Shown here: positions 1-16,163 of the stretch, one piece after another
How the letters are laid out: each line of letters starts with the position of its first letter
Numbering within the stretch: the stretch's first letter is position 1
Assembly (NCBI RefSeq): GCF_006345805.1
Contig: NC_043011.1
Span: forward strand, 61,578,464-61,642,463
From: Octopus sinensis
Lineage: Eukaryota
Length of the DNA: 64,000 bases
Reading direction: 5' to 3'
Position numbers and translations under genes: made by a program
Notes under the pieces: generated by a model
What the model was told of the DNA's origin: nothing
What the model saw: the letters and a program-made list of their open reading frames with translations, nothing else
The model's database searches: none

Positions 1-498
1 ATTTGCTGTTCTCTGAGTTCGTAGTTTCTGGTAAACCAATCCTGATTTTCTTTTAAAATATTGAAACGTAAGTTAGAGGGAAACGCTTATGCTAATGTTC
101 TTCCGCTTAAAAACCCTTCGTGGTCGGCACGTGCATTAACTCTTGTTTCAAGTAAACGGTTTTTATTTCATTTTATAGGTCTTTAGGTAGTGTAATAAAC
201 GTCTTGAGCAAATCTGTATAAGCGGACACAGGACATCGCGTTGCTGCTGTAGCCATGTTCCAAAGTAAATCTTTTTAGTAATATATTTCATTAATGCTTC
301 TAAAACCTTGATTAAATTAATTTATTTTTTAACTAAAATACGTCGGAGGTTAAGTGAGATTGCATGCTATTATTGCTTATCTCCTATATTTCTTTCGTTC
401 TATGTACACGCGCATATCCACATACTTATGTGTGGAAAGAAGGGCAGAGAGAAACAGAAAGAAAAGTCAAAGAGAAACAGACGGATTGAGACGGATTA

Positions 499-735
499 TA
501 AGGCGGCGAGCTGGCAGAAGCGTTAGCACGCTGGGCGAAATGCTTTGCGGTATTTCGTCTGCCGTTACGTTGTGAGTTCAAATTCCGCCGAGGTCGACTT
601 TGCCTTTCAGCCTTTCGGGGTCGATAAATTAAGCACCAGTTACGCACTGGGGTCGATGTAATCGACTTAATACCTATGTCTGTCCTTGTTTGTCCCCTCT
701 ATGTTTAGCCCCTTGTGGATAATAAAGAAATAGGA
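499..735 (+). mobile_element. SINE family 1 (taaggcggcgagctggcagaa...ccccttgtggg)
   Basis: Dispersed repeat with tRNA-like head; many copies in this window. Confidence 0.85.
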
Positions 736-937
736 TTCAAAGGTGAAGAGTTTCAGAAAGGAATTGAGAGAGAGAAGGAGAGAGAGAGACAGAGACAGAC
801 AGAAAGATAGAGTGAGGTTGACAGAAAGAGAGAGACAGACAGACAGACAGATAGACATATAGTCAGGATTCATTTACATTAAGTCTCAGAAATTGATAGG
901 TAAAAAGATGGTCAACGTTTATCTTTTGCCCACTTAC

Positions 938-974
938 CTGCGGTGAGAAGACACAGAAATAAAATAAATTTCAT
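938..974 (-). CDS. Gene A, coding exon 1 (signal peptide MKFILFLCLLTA-G) of the six-Cys GPI-type family; the rest of the gene runs off the left edge
   Basis: ATG at 974, 12 codons + G, then a GCAG|GTAAGT donor. Near-identical to exon 1 of gene B (12479-12515) inside a duplicated block. Confidence 0.8.
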
Positions 975-1074
975 CGTAGATTTTCGTGTTCCAGCAACGC
1001 CTGCCCAAGTGATGGACACTTCCATGAAAGTGTGTCGCATATAGTTCGATGTAACAGCTGTTTATTTACACGTA

Positions 1075-1082
1075 TTTATATA
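1075..1082 (-). promoter_or_regulatory. Candidate TATA box (TATATAAA) of gene A
   Basis: Same position relative to the ATG as in gene B. Confidence 0.35.
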
Positions 1083-1447
1083 TAAATGTATATGTGAATA
1101 TATACATAGATCAGTATACATTGATCTGAACGGTATGATTGTTTATTATTTTTATATAAAGTCATAAATAATCAGTGAAATATCCAGTATGATAAAAAGT
1201 TTCATTTAATCGATGGAAATCCTTATATGACAACAATTGTTTCACAGCTTAATAAAACATGCGTAGATAATTTATTTTATTATATCTTATAACAAGTAAA
1301 TTGTTTATTGAAATGTCTGCCCTAATATATTGAAAATAATGCAAACATTGAGAGATCTCATCTGGTTCGAAAAGTCCATGTTAAGAAATAATCTCTTTTA
1401 ATAATGCAAGCAACATATTATATATGTGTGTGAATATCCCCCCCCCC

Positions 1448-1479
<32 letters not shown>

Positions 1480-1488
<9 letters not shown>

Positions 1489-3110
1489 TATAAATATATA
1501 TATGGATATGTATGTATATATAAACAAATTAATAAATAAAACATATGCATATATACATACATATATTACGTACCTACCTCTACATGTATATATACATGCA
1601 TATATGGGTACAGGACACCAAAAAAACGTCGAACACAATGAGAAACGAAGGCATAAACACAAAACCAAGGAACTGGACATTTTTCTTAAACAACGAAAAT
1701 ATAGAGAACAGGACAAATAACACAAGGAAAATTCCCCTTCTTCAGTCGCCATGGTTTCATCTACTCCGCGTTTCGAAGGTGAAGGCGAGACCCAACTTAA
1801 GCTGAAACATTCCTTCCCGCGAAAAGCAAATTAAATAAAATTTGAGATTTTTTGCGGAGGGGTAAAAATGGTAACAAAAACAGGACAGTAACGACAGTAC
1901 AAAATATAAACAGTAAAAGACAGGACAAGGAGAATAACAGTAACACAGACAAGATGGGCTGTTAAGCCAATCGAGATAAAATATTACGAACGCTATTTTT
2001 AAGAACGGCGAAGGAGCCACAGTAAATGCTGTCTACACTCGGGTGAAGCAAAGTCAGAAAAGACAGTAGTTTCCTCATCGCTGACCAGCGACGGGACAGG
2101 GGAGGAGGAGCAAGAGAAAGGGAAGGGCAGAGAATAAAGAAGAATGGTTGTAGAGAAAACGGGTAGAGATTTTTCCTTTCTCTGTTTGAAGTTAGGGTAC
2201 TCCCAATATTGTATCGCTGGTGGCTTACAAAGTTGGGGTTAGGGCCTGTATTCTTTTTTTGGTAGGGGTGATGGTTCCGATCTTTAGACAGGTGTGAATC
2301 AGTGTTTGAGTATTGTTTCGATTTTCTTATTTTCATGAGAGTGTTGTTGGAAGCGTGCTCTGTTTGAAAGATGGCTTCATAGTTTGAGAACCAAATGGCG
2401 CTTTTCTTCCAGCGTTGGAGAGATTTCAGTTCTTCTTTATTACAGTCCTCATTCCATAGTGTGGAGATCTTCTCCAGATCGGTGCCTTGGGTCATTTTGC
2501 TAATTTCTTGGTTGATCTCTTCATTGGTAGATTTTACTTTATCTTCATTCGTTTGGACCCTCAATTTTAGAAGTTCCATTTTCATTTTTCTCAGTGTTAT
2601 TCTCTCCCTGAGGCGTCTTTGTGTTTCAGGTTCATCTGTGATGGCTTTGATCTGGAATTTATGTTGGAGAGTTAACGGTGTCCGGTTGAGCCATTTTTCG
2701 TATATATCCGCTTTGTTGTTGTTTTCGATCATCTTTCAAAAAGCGAACTTTCTATCTCTGAGTGATTTGTTCCATTGTGGTATTATGTGGTGTTTCATTT
2801 GGTATGTTGTGAGAGTATTGATCCCATATGCTGTCTCGCTTGGAGGTTCTTGATTTGCGTTCTTAGTGAAAAATGTTCTAATTGTTTCGCATAATTTTCT
2901 AATGTTTTCGACGATTTCAGACGTTGTACTTTTCGTATCGGTTTGCTCATTGTTCTCTCGATTGCGATGATGTGTCGAGTCGAAACTGTTCAAAAATGTT
3001 AACAGATTTGTGGTGATCTTCTTGAGTTCTTTCAGTATTTCTTCATTTATGGAAGTGAATGTGTCCGTTTTCGTCGTTTTTATATATATATGTATATATA
3101 TACGTACATT
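1480..3110 (-). mobile_element. Transposon-derived insertion, present only in duplicate copy 1, with a broken coiled-coil-rich ORF (2736-3113 then 1962-2732); possibly Penelope-like
   Basis: Absent at the homologous position of copy 2; flanked by (TA)n; the two ORFs are in frame and separated by a single TGA (RKFAF*KMIE). Family assignment is tentative. Confidence 0.55.
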
Positions 3111-3431
3111 CATGTGGATAATGTGTCAATTCACTGCAGCTGTTTCCAACGAATTTTTAATTGATTAATGATACATTAATGTCTCCATTAATCAATTAGT
3201 AATATTATGGTCTGTATGTTTAATAAAATGTGCGTTTCTTGATTAGCCCAAGGGCTAGTTATATACTCAGTCGGGTTCAATTAACTGTATACATAACCTG
3301 AACATCTGTCTGCCTCTACTTTGGTATGTGCATATGCATTCGCCGATCTTTGTCGTGTGAGCATTGTAAGTTTGACCTGACCCAGTGCTTCATCATTTAA
3401 GTACGTGGTTCACTTGAATGCTGATCTTTTG

Positions 3432-3463
<32 letters not shown>

Positions 3464-3501
3464 CAGAGAGAGAGGGAGAGAGATATACATACATACATGT
3501 A

Positions 3502-3554
<53 letters not shown>

Positions 3555-3622
3555 TTTATTTAAAAGCAGCAGAAAATTCAACAAAACCTGTTACTCTGAG
3601 TTTCACGTTCCCGTTCGTCTGA

Positions 3623-3702
<80 letters not shown>

Positions 3703-4383
3703 AGAGAGAGAGAGAGAGAGAGATAGGGGGAGCTAAATAGACAGATAGATAAAGGGATAGCTATATTTATATACATTCATAAAAAGCAAATCACCATAGA
3801 CGTCGTTGTAAAGAAGCGATGTTTGATTAATTACTTTCACTTTTATGAGTTTTTTTTCGAAACACCTAATTATTTGCTAATGTATTATGTAAATCTGCTT
3901 TATTTTAAAGATGTTTAATCTCATCAATAACTTCCAGTTTAAGAAGTTGTTTCAAATACACTCTCACAAATACACACACACACATAAACACGGACATGTA
4001 TACATAACCTATATATGTAAATTGACTTCATATGAGACTGCTGACATTGCGATGTGCAAGACGTTTTCTTCCCTTTTTTATCGCACAAACTGTTAAACTC
4101 TATTTAACTTCATTTTACGAAGCGTCAAAATTACTTTCGTACAAAATTGGGTTTATCAATGACACAATTTCTCTACATTGGAAAAAATAAATCAGACACA
4201 GTTTTTACAGCAGATATTTTTATTTATAAATGTATGCGTTGGCTATAATGTTACTCCACAACTCTTTATTAATGTTATACAACAGCATAAATTTGTTTTT
4301 GCACATAAATATAAATGCATGTGTGTGTATGTTATATGTATAAATATATATATACATATATATATATTTATATATATATATAT

Positions 4384-4462
<79 letters not shown>

Positions 4463-4635
4463 CATACATATATAATCAATAATAATAAAGGGTAAAATTA
4501 ATTAATTAACTAGTAATCAATAATTTCGCCAAGTAGAATGCGGCATGAAAAAGGACCACTTTTCGGTAAACTTAAACAATATTTTATAATTACGAGTATA
4601 ATTATAATTAATGTTCAGCAAAGATTTGCTTTTCC

Positions 4636-4687
<52 letters not shown>

Positions 4688-4732
4688 GGAAAAGCAAATC
4701 TTTGCTGAACCTTACTTATAATTATACTCGTA

Positions 4733-4840
<108 letters not shown>

Positions 4841-5128
4841 TTGGTTTCCTTATATTGTTCGCAATTGCAGCTTCAATTTCGATTTTGAGATAGGGACATG
4901 ATCTGTTAAGAGATTGAAAATCAAATTATCATTGAGAATCAGAGTCGAAGACAATTAGTGTCGCTTTGTGAATGGCGATTTATTGTGGATTATTCCGTCA
5001 TCGTTTTCGATGGGAAGTCAACAGCTACCAATGATAATGTATGATAACCTGACTGTGATATTAATATTTGTATGACTATAAGCTGTAGCTATCTCTCTAC
5101 CTATCTTACCTACAAATCTATCTATCTG

Positions 5129-5204
<76 letters not shown>

Positions 5205-5754
5205 CCCACCAATCTATCTATCTATCTACCTACCTACTTACCTACAAATCTATCTATTTGTCTGTCTATGTATTACTTTTCATTCATACTAGTCGGTACT
5301 CGCTGCTATCCTACCGCGTAACGACCTAGCAAAGATGAAATGAATCCTTCATCTAAGGCCGGTTCAAATGCAAGCAGTTTTCCATGAAATAAATTTTAAT
5401 TCTGTCTTTCACACTCTCTCACACTGTATTTCTTTCTCAACAACAAGAACACCAACTACAAAAACAACAATCTGTCATTATAGTGAAAAAGTTTTTAATG
5501 TCTGTGCTGTGTTGTTTATATGTTAAAAAACACAGAAACACTCAGACACACACACACGCTTACACACACATACACAGTCATACACGCCCAAAATAATCAA
5601 AATGATACGTATTTGTATCATAAATATACATACAAGTCTGTATATATTTCATGTTTGCGTTGCGTTGTGTCGACAGACTTGTACTAACAATTCACACGTT
5701 TTAATCAAAATTTGTTAGTATTGTTTCAACACTACCTATCTCCGTCCCTATCTA

Positions 5755-5770
5755 CCTACCTACCTACTAC

Positions 5771-5820
<50 letters not shown>

Positions 5821-5831
5821 CTATCTATCTA

Positions 5832-5865
<34 letters not shown>

Positions 5866-5897
5866 CCTATCTATCTATCTATCTATCTATCTATCTG

Positions 5898-5934
<37 letters not shown>

Positions 5935-5976
5935 ATCTATCTATCTATATCTATCTATCTATCTATATCTATCTGC

Positions 5977-6014
<38 letters not shown>

Positions 6015-6087
6015 GTATCTATATATATATCTATCTATATATATATATATATTTATCTATCTATCTGTATCTATATATCTATCTATG

Positions 6088-6120
<33 letters not shown>

Positions 6121-6187
6121 GTCTGTCTGTCTATCTATCTACCAATCTATCTATCTATCTGTATCTATCTATCTATCTATCTATCTG

Positions 6188-6248
<61 letters not shown>

Positions 6249-6423
6249 GTATCTATATATCTGTCTATCCATCTATCTATCTATCTATCTGTATCTATAT
6301 ATCTATCTATCTATCTATCTGTATCTATATATCTATTTATCTATCTAACTATCTATATCTATCTATCTATATCTATCTATATCTATCTATATCTATCTAT
6401 CTATCTATCTATCTATCTAACTA

Positions 6424-6520
<97 letters not shown>
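5755..6520. repeat. (TATC)n array ending in (TA)n
   Basis: Directly visible; further (TATC)n tracts at about 5095-5260, 13985-14130 and 52575-52760. Confidence 0.95.
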
Positions 6521-6522
<2 letters not shown>

Positions 6523-7134
6523 CACAGTCCTTCTCTCGATCTATCTCTTACTCTATTTCTGTGTCTTACTGTAATTTTCTCTCAGTAACAACTTCTTCCT
6601 CCACTTCTTCTGAAATGACGCTATGACAAGGGTTAACTTCCCTTTTGATTTCGCTCCCTATTTCATCCCTCTGCTAGTTGTTGTGACGTACAGACAGACG
6701 GAGATCAACCCTTTCCTAATATGAGATTACCAAATAATTTTGTAATATTTAGATTTTTGAAAGTCGTAATCCATGACGTAACATAACCAATGAATTTGTG
6801 TATGACAATGATATATGTATGTGTGTATGTCTGAGTGCGTGAGTCTACTAATATTGCTTTTTCACTTTTTTGTATTGCAAGTTGTATCGGGATTAGGAGT
6901 AATAATATAGCTAGATCGTTGTGTTGCCGAAATCGCACGGAAAGTACGTAACTTGTTAGTGAAGATAGTTCTTATATCTTTGTTTAGCCATTGCTATAAC
7001 GTTTAAGTATTATGTGCATGATGTAAGCAAGCTCGTTGAAGGAAACTATATTTATATAATGCCCACGCATAACAATGCTATCTAAATAAGGATTTTCTTC
7101 TCTTTCAATAATGCTTCCTAAAGTATTAATTTAA

Positions 7135-8230
7135 TACGAGATCTGTCCAAAACCTGATGATTGTATTCGAATAGGGCGTCAATCAACTGCTGTCGGTCGA
7201 TGACAGCCACCTTTCCCTATATGATTAATCTTGGCTATCAATTAAATAAATAGCTTCTTCACAATTCGCTTGTAAGTCTACGCTAGAATTGCTAGAGTGA
7301 ATGCATATTGATTCCACCTTTAGGTTTGTTACAGGTTGCTGAATCAAAATATGAATAAGCAACGCGTTTGAGTGAAATTCTGTTTCAAACTGAGAAACGC
7401 TTTTATGGACTCCTTCTTTGTAATTTTGCTTGACGTCTAAAGGGAAAATTCATTGAGTCGCACAGTATCACAAATGGTATCATTATTTCAAATTGAGAAG
7501 CATATCTATCACAGTAAATCTTAATTCGGACGAAATTCCTTGATAAGGACGATGGTGATATTGAGAAATTGCGTGCATTTTATTCTGAAAGGTGTCGCTT
7601 GACTGCTCATCATGTTTCCGGAAAACAGGCATTAGTACAAGGTTAATTTTAAAACAAACTTTGTAGATCCATCGAATTACCACGGTCTGACAAACAAATG
7701 TTCAATTGTGTGAATGCTGATGATAATGTCACAACAGGTGGTGAGAGGGTGCTTGTAAAGTTAAAATATCGGAACAGCGGCTAAGACATGAGAAACTACG
7801 ACTTACCCAGACACAAAATGTAAAACATCTAAGATTTAGTTTAATGGAAAATTATTTGATATCAATTCCGATCAAGTTATTAGTCACGCATTTCCTTCAC
7901 GTAGCGAGATAACAAATAACATAGATATTATTGAGATGTTCTGGAGTGTTGGTGAGACATTGTGTAAAAGACAATTCTGTTAGACTCCAGACTTGGGTGC
8001 TGTCGATCATTTATGTTCTTAAAACTTAAATCCGCTTTGAAAGGTCCCACATTTCAGACGATAGAAATGAAAATCGCTCTATGAACTGAAATCGAGTTCC
8101 CGGGTGTGTGACACACCGGGCAAAAACGGTGGTATGCGTGTTTTAAAAGTGGATAGATAAGTTTGATAAAATTATGAATGTAGCAAATAACTATGTTTTT
8201 CAAAGTCTGGTTGCTTCTTGGACAAATCAC
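7135..8230 (+). mobile_element. Highly decayed mariner-like element
   Basis: tacgagatctgtccaaaa terminus-like start; VTTGGE; LKLKSALKGPTFQTIE resembling the mariner C-terminus. Confidence 0.45.
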
Positions 8231-8439
8231 GTAAAAATGTTAATATAATGATATTCCTGAGATAATATTATTTAATATTAACGAAATGGTACGGCCACAG
8301 TTTCAGATTACATGTATGTGTTCAACTGAAAACTATGACACATAATACATTGTGAATGTAACCAAATAGAATGTAACCAAATAGAAATTGATTATATTTT
8401 TACACACATCACATCAAATATATTCTTTTCGGGTGATTT

Positions 8440-12515
<4,076 letters not shown>

Positions 12516-12615
12516 CGTAGATTTTCGTGTTCCAGCAACGCCTGCCCAAGTGATGGACACTTCCATGAAAGTGTGTCGCATATAGTTCGATGTAACAGCT
12601 GTTTATTTACACGTA

Positions 12616-12623
12616 TTTATATA
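12616..12623 (-). promoter_or_regulatory. Candidate TATA box (TATATAAA) of gene B
   Basis: About 100 nt upstream of the ATG; conserved at the same offset in gene A (1075-1082). In AT-rich DNA this is only suggestive. Confidence 0.35.
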
Positions 12624-12938
12624 TGAATTTATATGTGAATATATACATAGATCAGTATACATTGATCTGAACGGTATGATTGTTTATTATTTTTATATAA
12701 AGTCATAAATAACCAGTGAAATATCCAGTATGATAAAAAGTTTCATTTAATCGATGGAAATCCTTATATGACAACAATTGTTTCACAGCTTAATAAAACA
12801 TGCGTAGATAATTTATTTTATTATATCTTATAACAAGTAAATTGTTTATTGACATGTTAAGAAATAGTCCCTTTTAATAACGCAAACAATATGTCATATA
12901 TGTGCATATAAACACACACATATATTGATATATATATA

Positions 12939-12998
<60 letters not shown>

Positions 12999-13231
12999 TA
13001 TTTATATATGTATATACTTTCTCTCATTTTCTCTCTTACTCATTTTCTTCCCCCAAAAAACAAACAAAAATCCTCCCTTCTAAAGAAATTGCAAAAATAT
13101 CTGATTCAAATAAAAAACAGATAACATTCTGTTTTCATCATTTTGGTTTAAATTTTTGTCTTGAAGTGTTCGATTAAATGAACGAAGTCTTTAATAAAGA
13201 ATTATCCAGAATCCCGACTTCCTTCTTTTTC

Positions 13232-13313
<82 letters not shown>

Positions 13314-13816
13314 TATACATATATATATGAATAATGTGTCAATTCACTGCAGCTGTTTCCAACCAATCCTTAATTGATTAATGAGACATTAATGTCTCCA
13401 TTAATCAATTAGTAATATTATGGTCTGTATTTTTTATAAAATGTGCGTTTCTTGATTAGCCCAAGGGCTAGTTATATACTCAGTCGGGTTCAACTAACAA
13501 TATAAAAAAAAAACATCATTTATATAGACGGAAAATTCATATGTGCATGCATATGTTATTGTGTGCATGTGTGAAGTGCTTATAATGAAAGTCCGCCGCT
13601 GAAATTCGCATTTAAAATACAACATTATGTTTTAATGTTTTCAAACAGAACATAAATATAATTTTAAACGCCATACTGATCATTAAAAACGTCACAATAA
13701 AATAGTACACGTAGAAATATATAACAGTTTTGAATGCAAGCATTTATTGCGTGTTTGAATAGATATAAGAACGTAGGTGACCATTACGCTACTTTCATAG
13801 AAGCCGAATATATATA

Positions 13817-13853
13817 ATGAAATATATTTTCTGCCTCTCTCTTTTCATTGTCG
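13817..13853 (+). CDS. Gene C exon 1 (signal peptide [13 protein letters not shown])
   Basis: 37 nt, GTCG|GTAAGC donor; matches gene D exon 1 ([13 protein letters not shown]). Confidence 0.85.
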
Positions 13854-14085
13854 GTAAGCAATGAAAGTTTGTTTTTAGAACTTTTAGTAGTTATCTGTGC
13901 ATAGTTTGTGTATAAGATTAGATTTATCTTTTTGTGTTCGCTGTCACTTACCCTATCTCTCTCTATCTCTCTCTCTCTCGCTTTATCTATCTATCTATCT
14001 ATCTATCGATCGATCGATCAATCTATCTGTTTATCTGTCTATCTATCTATTTATCTATCTGTCCGTCCATCCATCCATCTGTCTA

Positions 14086-14132
<47 letters not shown>

Positions 14133-14135
14133 TTA

Positions 14136-14206
<71 letters not shown>

Positions 14207-14634
14207 ATCCATCTATCTACATTTACACACACATATACAACTTATATACGTATACTTATATGCATAGATACATACACATATATGTAGATAGGTATATAGA
14301 GATTTGGATATACACACATAGTGATATGTATGTGTGAGAGGGTATATGCATATATGTATGGATACAGAGTAGAATACGCGCTTCGGGGTCTCTTTTATAA
14401 TTTATATCACAACGCAATTCTCAGAACCGAATGACAAAGACCTTATGAAATAAGAAGGTTCATGAAAATTATACACCAAGAAAACAATACACACACGCAC
14501 ACGTACATGCATACATACATACATACATGCATACATACATACATACATACATACATACATGCACACACGTACATACATACATACATACATACATACATAC
14601 ATACATACATACATACATACATACATACATGTTG

Positions 14635-14665
<31 letters not shown>

Positions 14666-15133
14666 CATACATACATACATACATACATACACACATAAGG
14701 ACGCTACCTATGGATAACTGCTTCGAAACCTCCTGTTTCTGTATCCAAACTGTAATATAAATTGACATTTATATCAAAATCATTGTTGCATATGGTAATC
14801 TGGATAAGCCAGGGTTTTGAGGAAAATACATCAGACAGCTCGTACATTACAAATAAAGTCTGTGAGTGAAACAGCAAACATATGCAAAGCTTGTCTCAAG
14901 TTTAAAATGTGTCATCGTTTTTGTTATTTACATTTCAACGACGGAGCGCCTTGTCTTCGTTAGAAAATAACTCCTTCCTTAGAGAAAGAATTGAGATAAT
15001 TAAAGGTAAAAGCCAACAAAGGGATACACAGATATATGATTGTGGGAGACGTTTGCATGATGTTATCATTACTGCCGAATACAATCTCAAGTAGGGACAT
15101 TCTACTGTTAAAGATACAAGATCCTTCACCCGA

Positions 15134-15164
<31 letters not shown>

Positions 15165-16127
15165 CATACATACATACATACATACATACATACATACGTA
15201 CGTACGTACATACATACATACATACATACGTACGTACATGCAAGCATAGACACCAACTGACAAACACAAACATATACATACACAAATGCGTGAGCACGTG
15301 CGCACGTGAGCACGTGCGCACGTGCGCACACATGCACACACACATTTTGGAATAAATGTTTTGTTACGCGTGACTGCATTCGTTGTTCGCCTGTCCTTAA
15401 AATAATTTATCCGATTCCACGTGTGTTTGTAAAGTTGAACGATGAAAGCTCTTACACCCAATGCAAAGCTTCGTTCTGCAAGCTTTGAGTCATTTAGATG
15501 TTCAAACAATTGGCATAAATCCTTAATAATTTGTCTTTTACTCAATTTCTTATTGGCTTGGTATTTCACATGAGCGCACACACACAAAAATACGCACACG
15601 GACACATATATTTGCATATATACATATATATAGACAGATATATTTATCTTACCATCTTCGGCTTCTTTGACTGAACTTAAATGAGGCTTTTGATAGTCTT
15701 GGCACACGTGAATCACTGATATTCGGAATATAAATGGCCGTTTATTTGTTGTTGTTCTATAAGTACATAATTCTCTGAGAAATGAAACGCAATTCATGCC
15801 ATAACATAAAAGAGTGACTTAGTTTACCTTTCAACGTAAACCATGTACAAATATTAGGAATGTAAGATGCCAAATATGTTTAAGAAAAAATTTCCAGAAT
15901 ATTAAAGTGAATTATTTAACATATTTTTTCTCACGTGTGTTGTTTGAAATCTTTCAATATATTCTGTATACTTATTGTATGGCAACATCATTCTAGTAAT
16001 CAAATAAAGTATGATGAACTTTTAGTATGCTATAAAGGCTCATTCAAATATATTTTGTAAATTGATCAAATTTTACGAGTCATTGATTTTAAATCATTTT
16101 CTTAGATGTCGATTTTCGTGGGAGTGG

Positions 16128-16163
<36 letters not shown>

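Larger units (their letters stand above)
194..3286. repeat. Segmental duplicate (copy 1) of 11750-13497, interrupted by a copy-specific insertion at about 1480-3110
   Basis: Collinear, high-identity match from taataaacgtcttga through SINE, exon 1 and upstream region to cagtcgggttcaa. Confidence 0.9.

Noticed and set aside
74-96. agagggaaacgcttatgctaatg, similar to the gene E microexon
   Set aside because: Opposite strand to gene A and no GT donor; probably chance.
192-269. Plus-strand Cys-rich frame CNKRLEQICISGHRTSRCCCSHVPK*, defensin-like
   Set aside because: No start or clean in-frame acceptor; the duplicate copy at about 11755 has a frame-disrupting deletion; it lies antisense in intron 1 of gene A.
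308-647. Duplicated 72-73 aa ORFs (also 11836-12190 and similar at 22366, 25291, 48826, 63226)
   Set aside because: Translations of SINE family 1 and its flanks, not genes.
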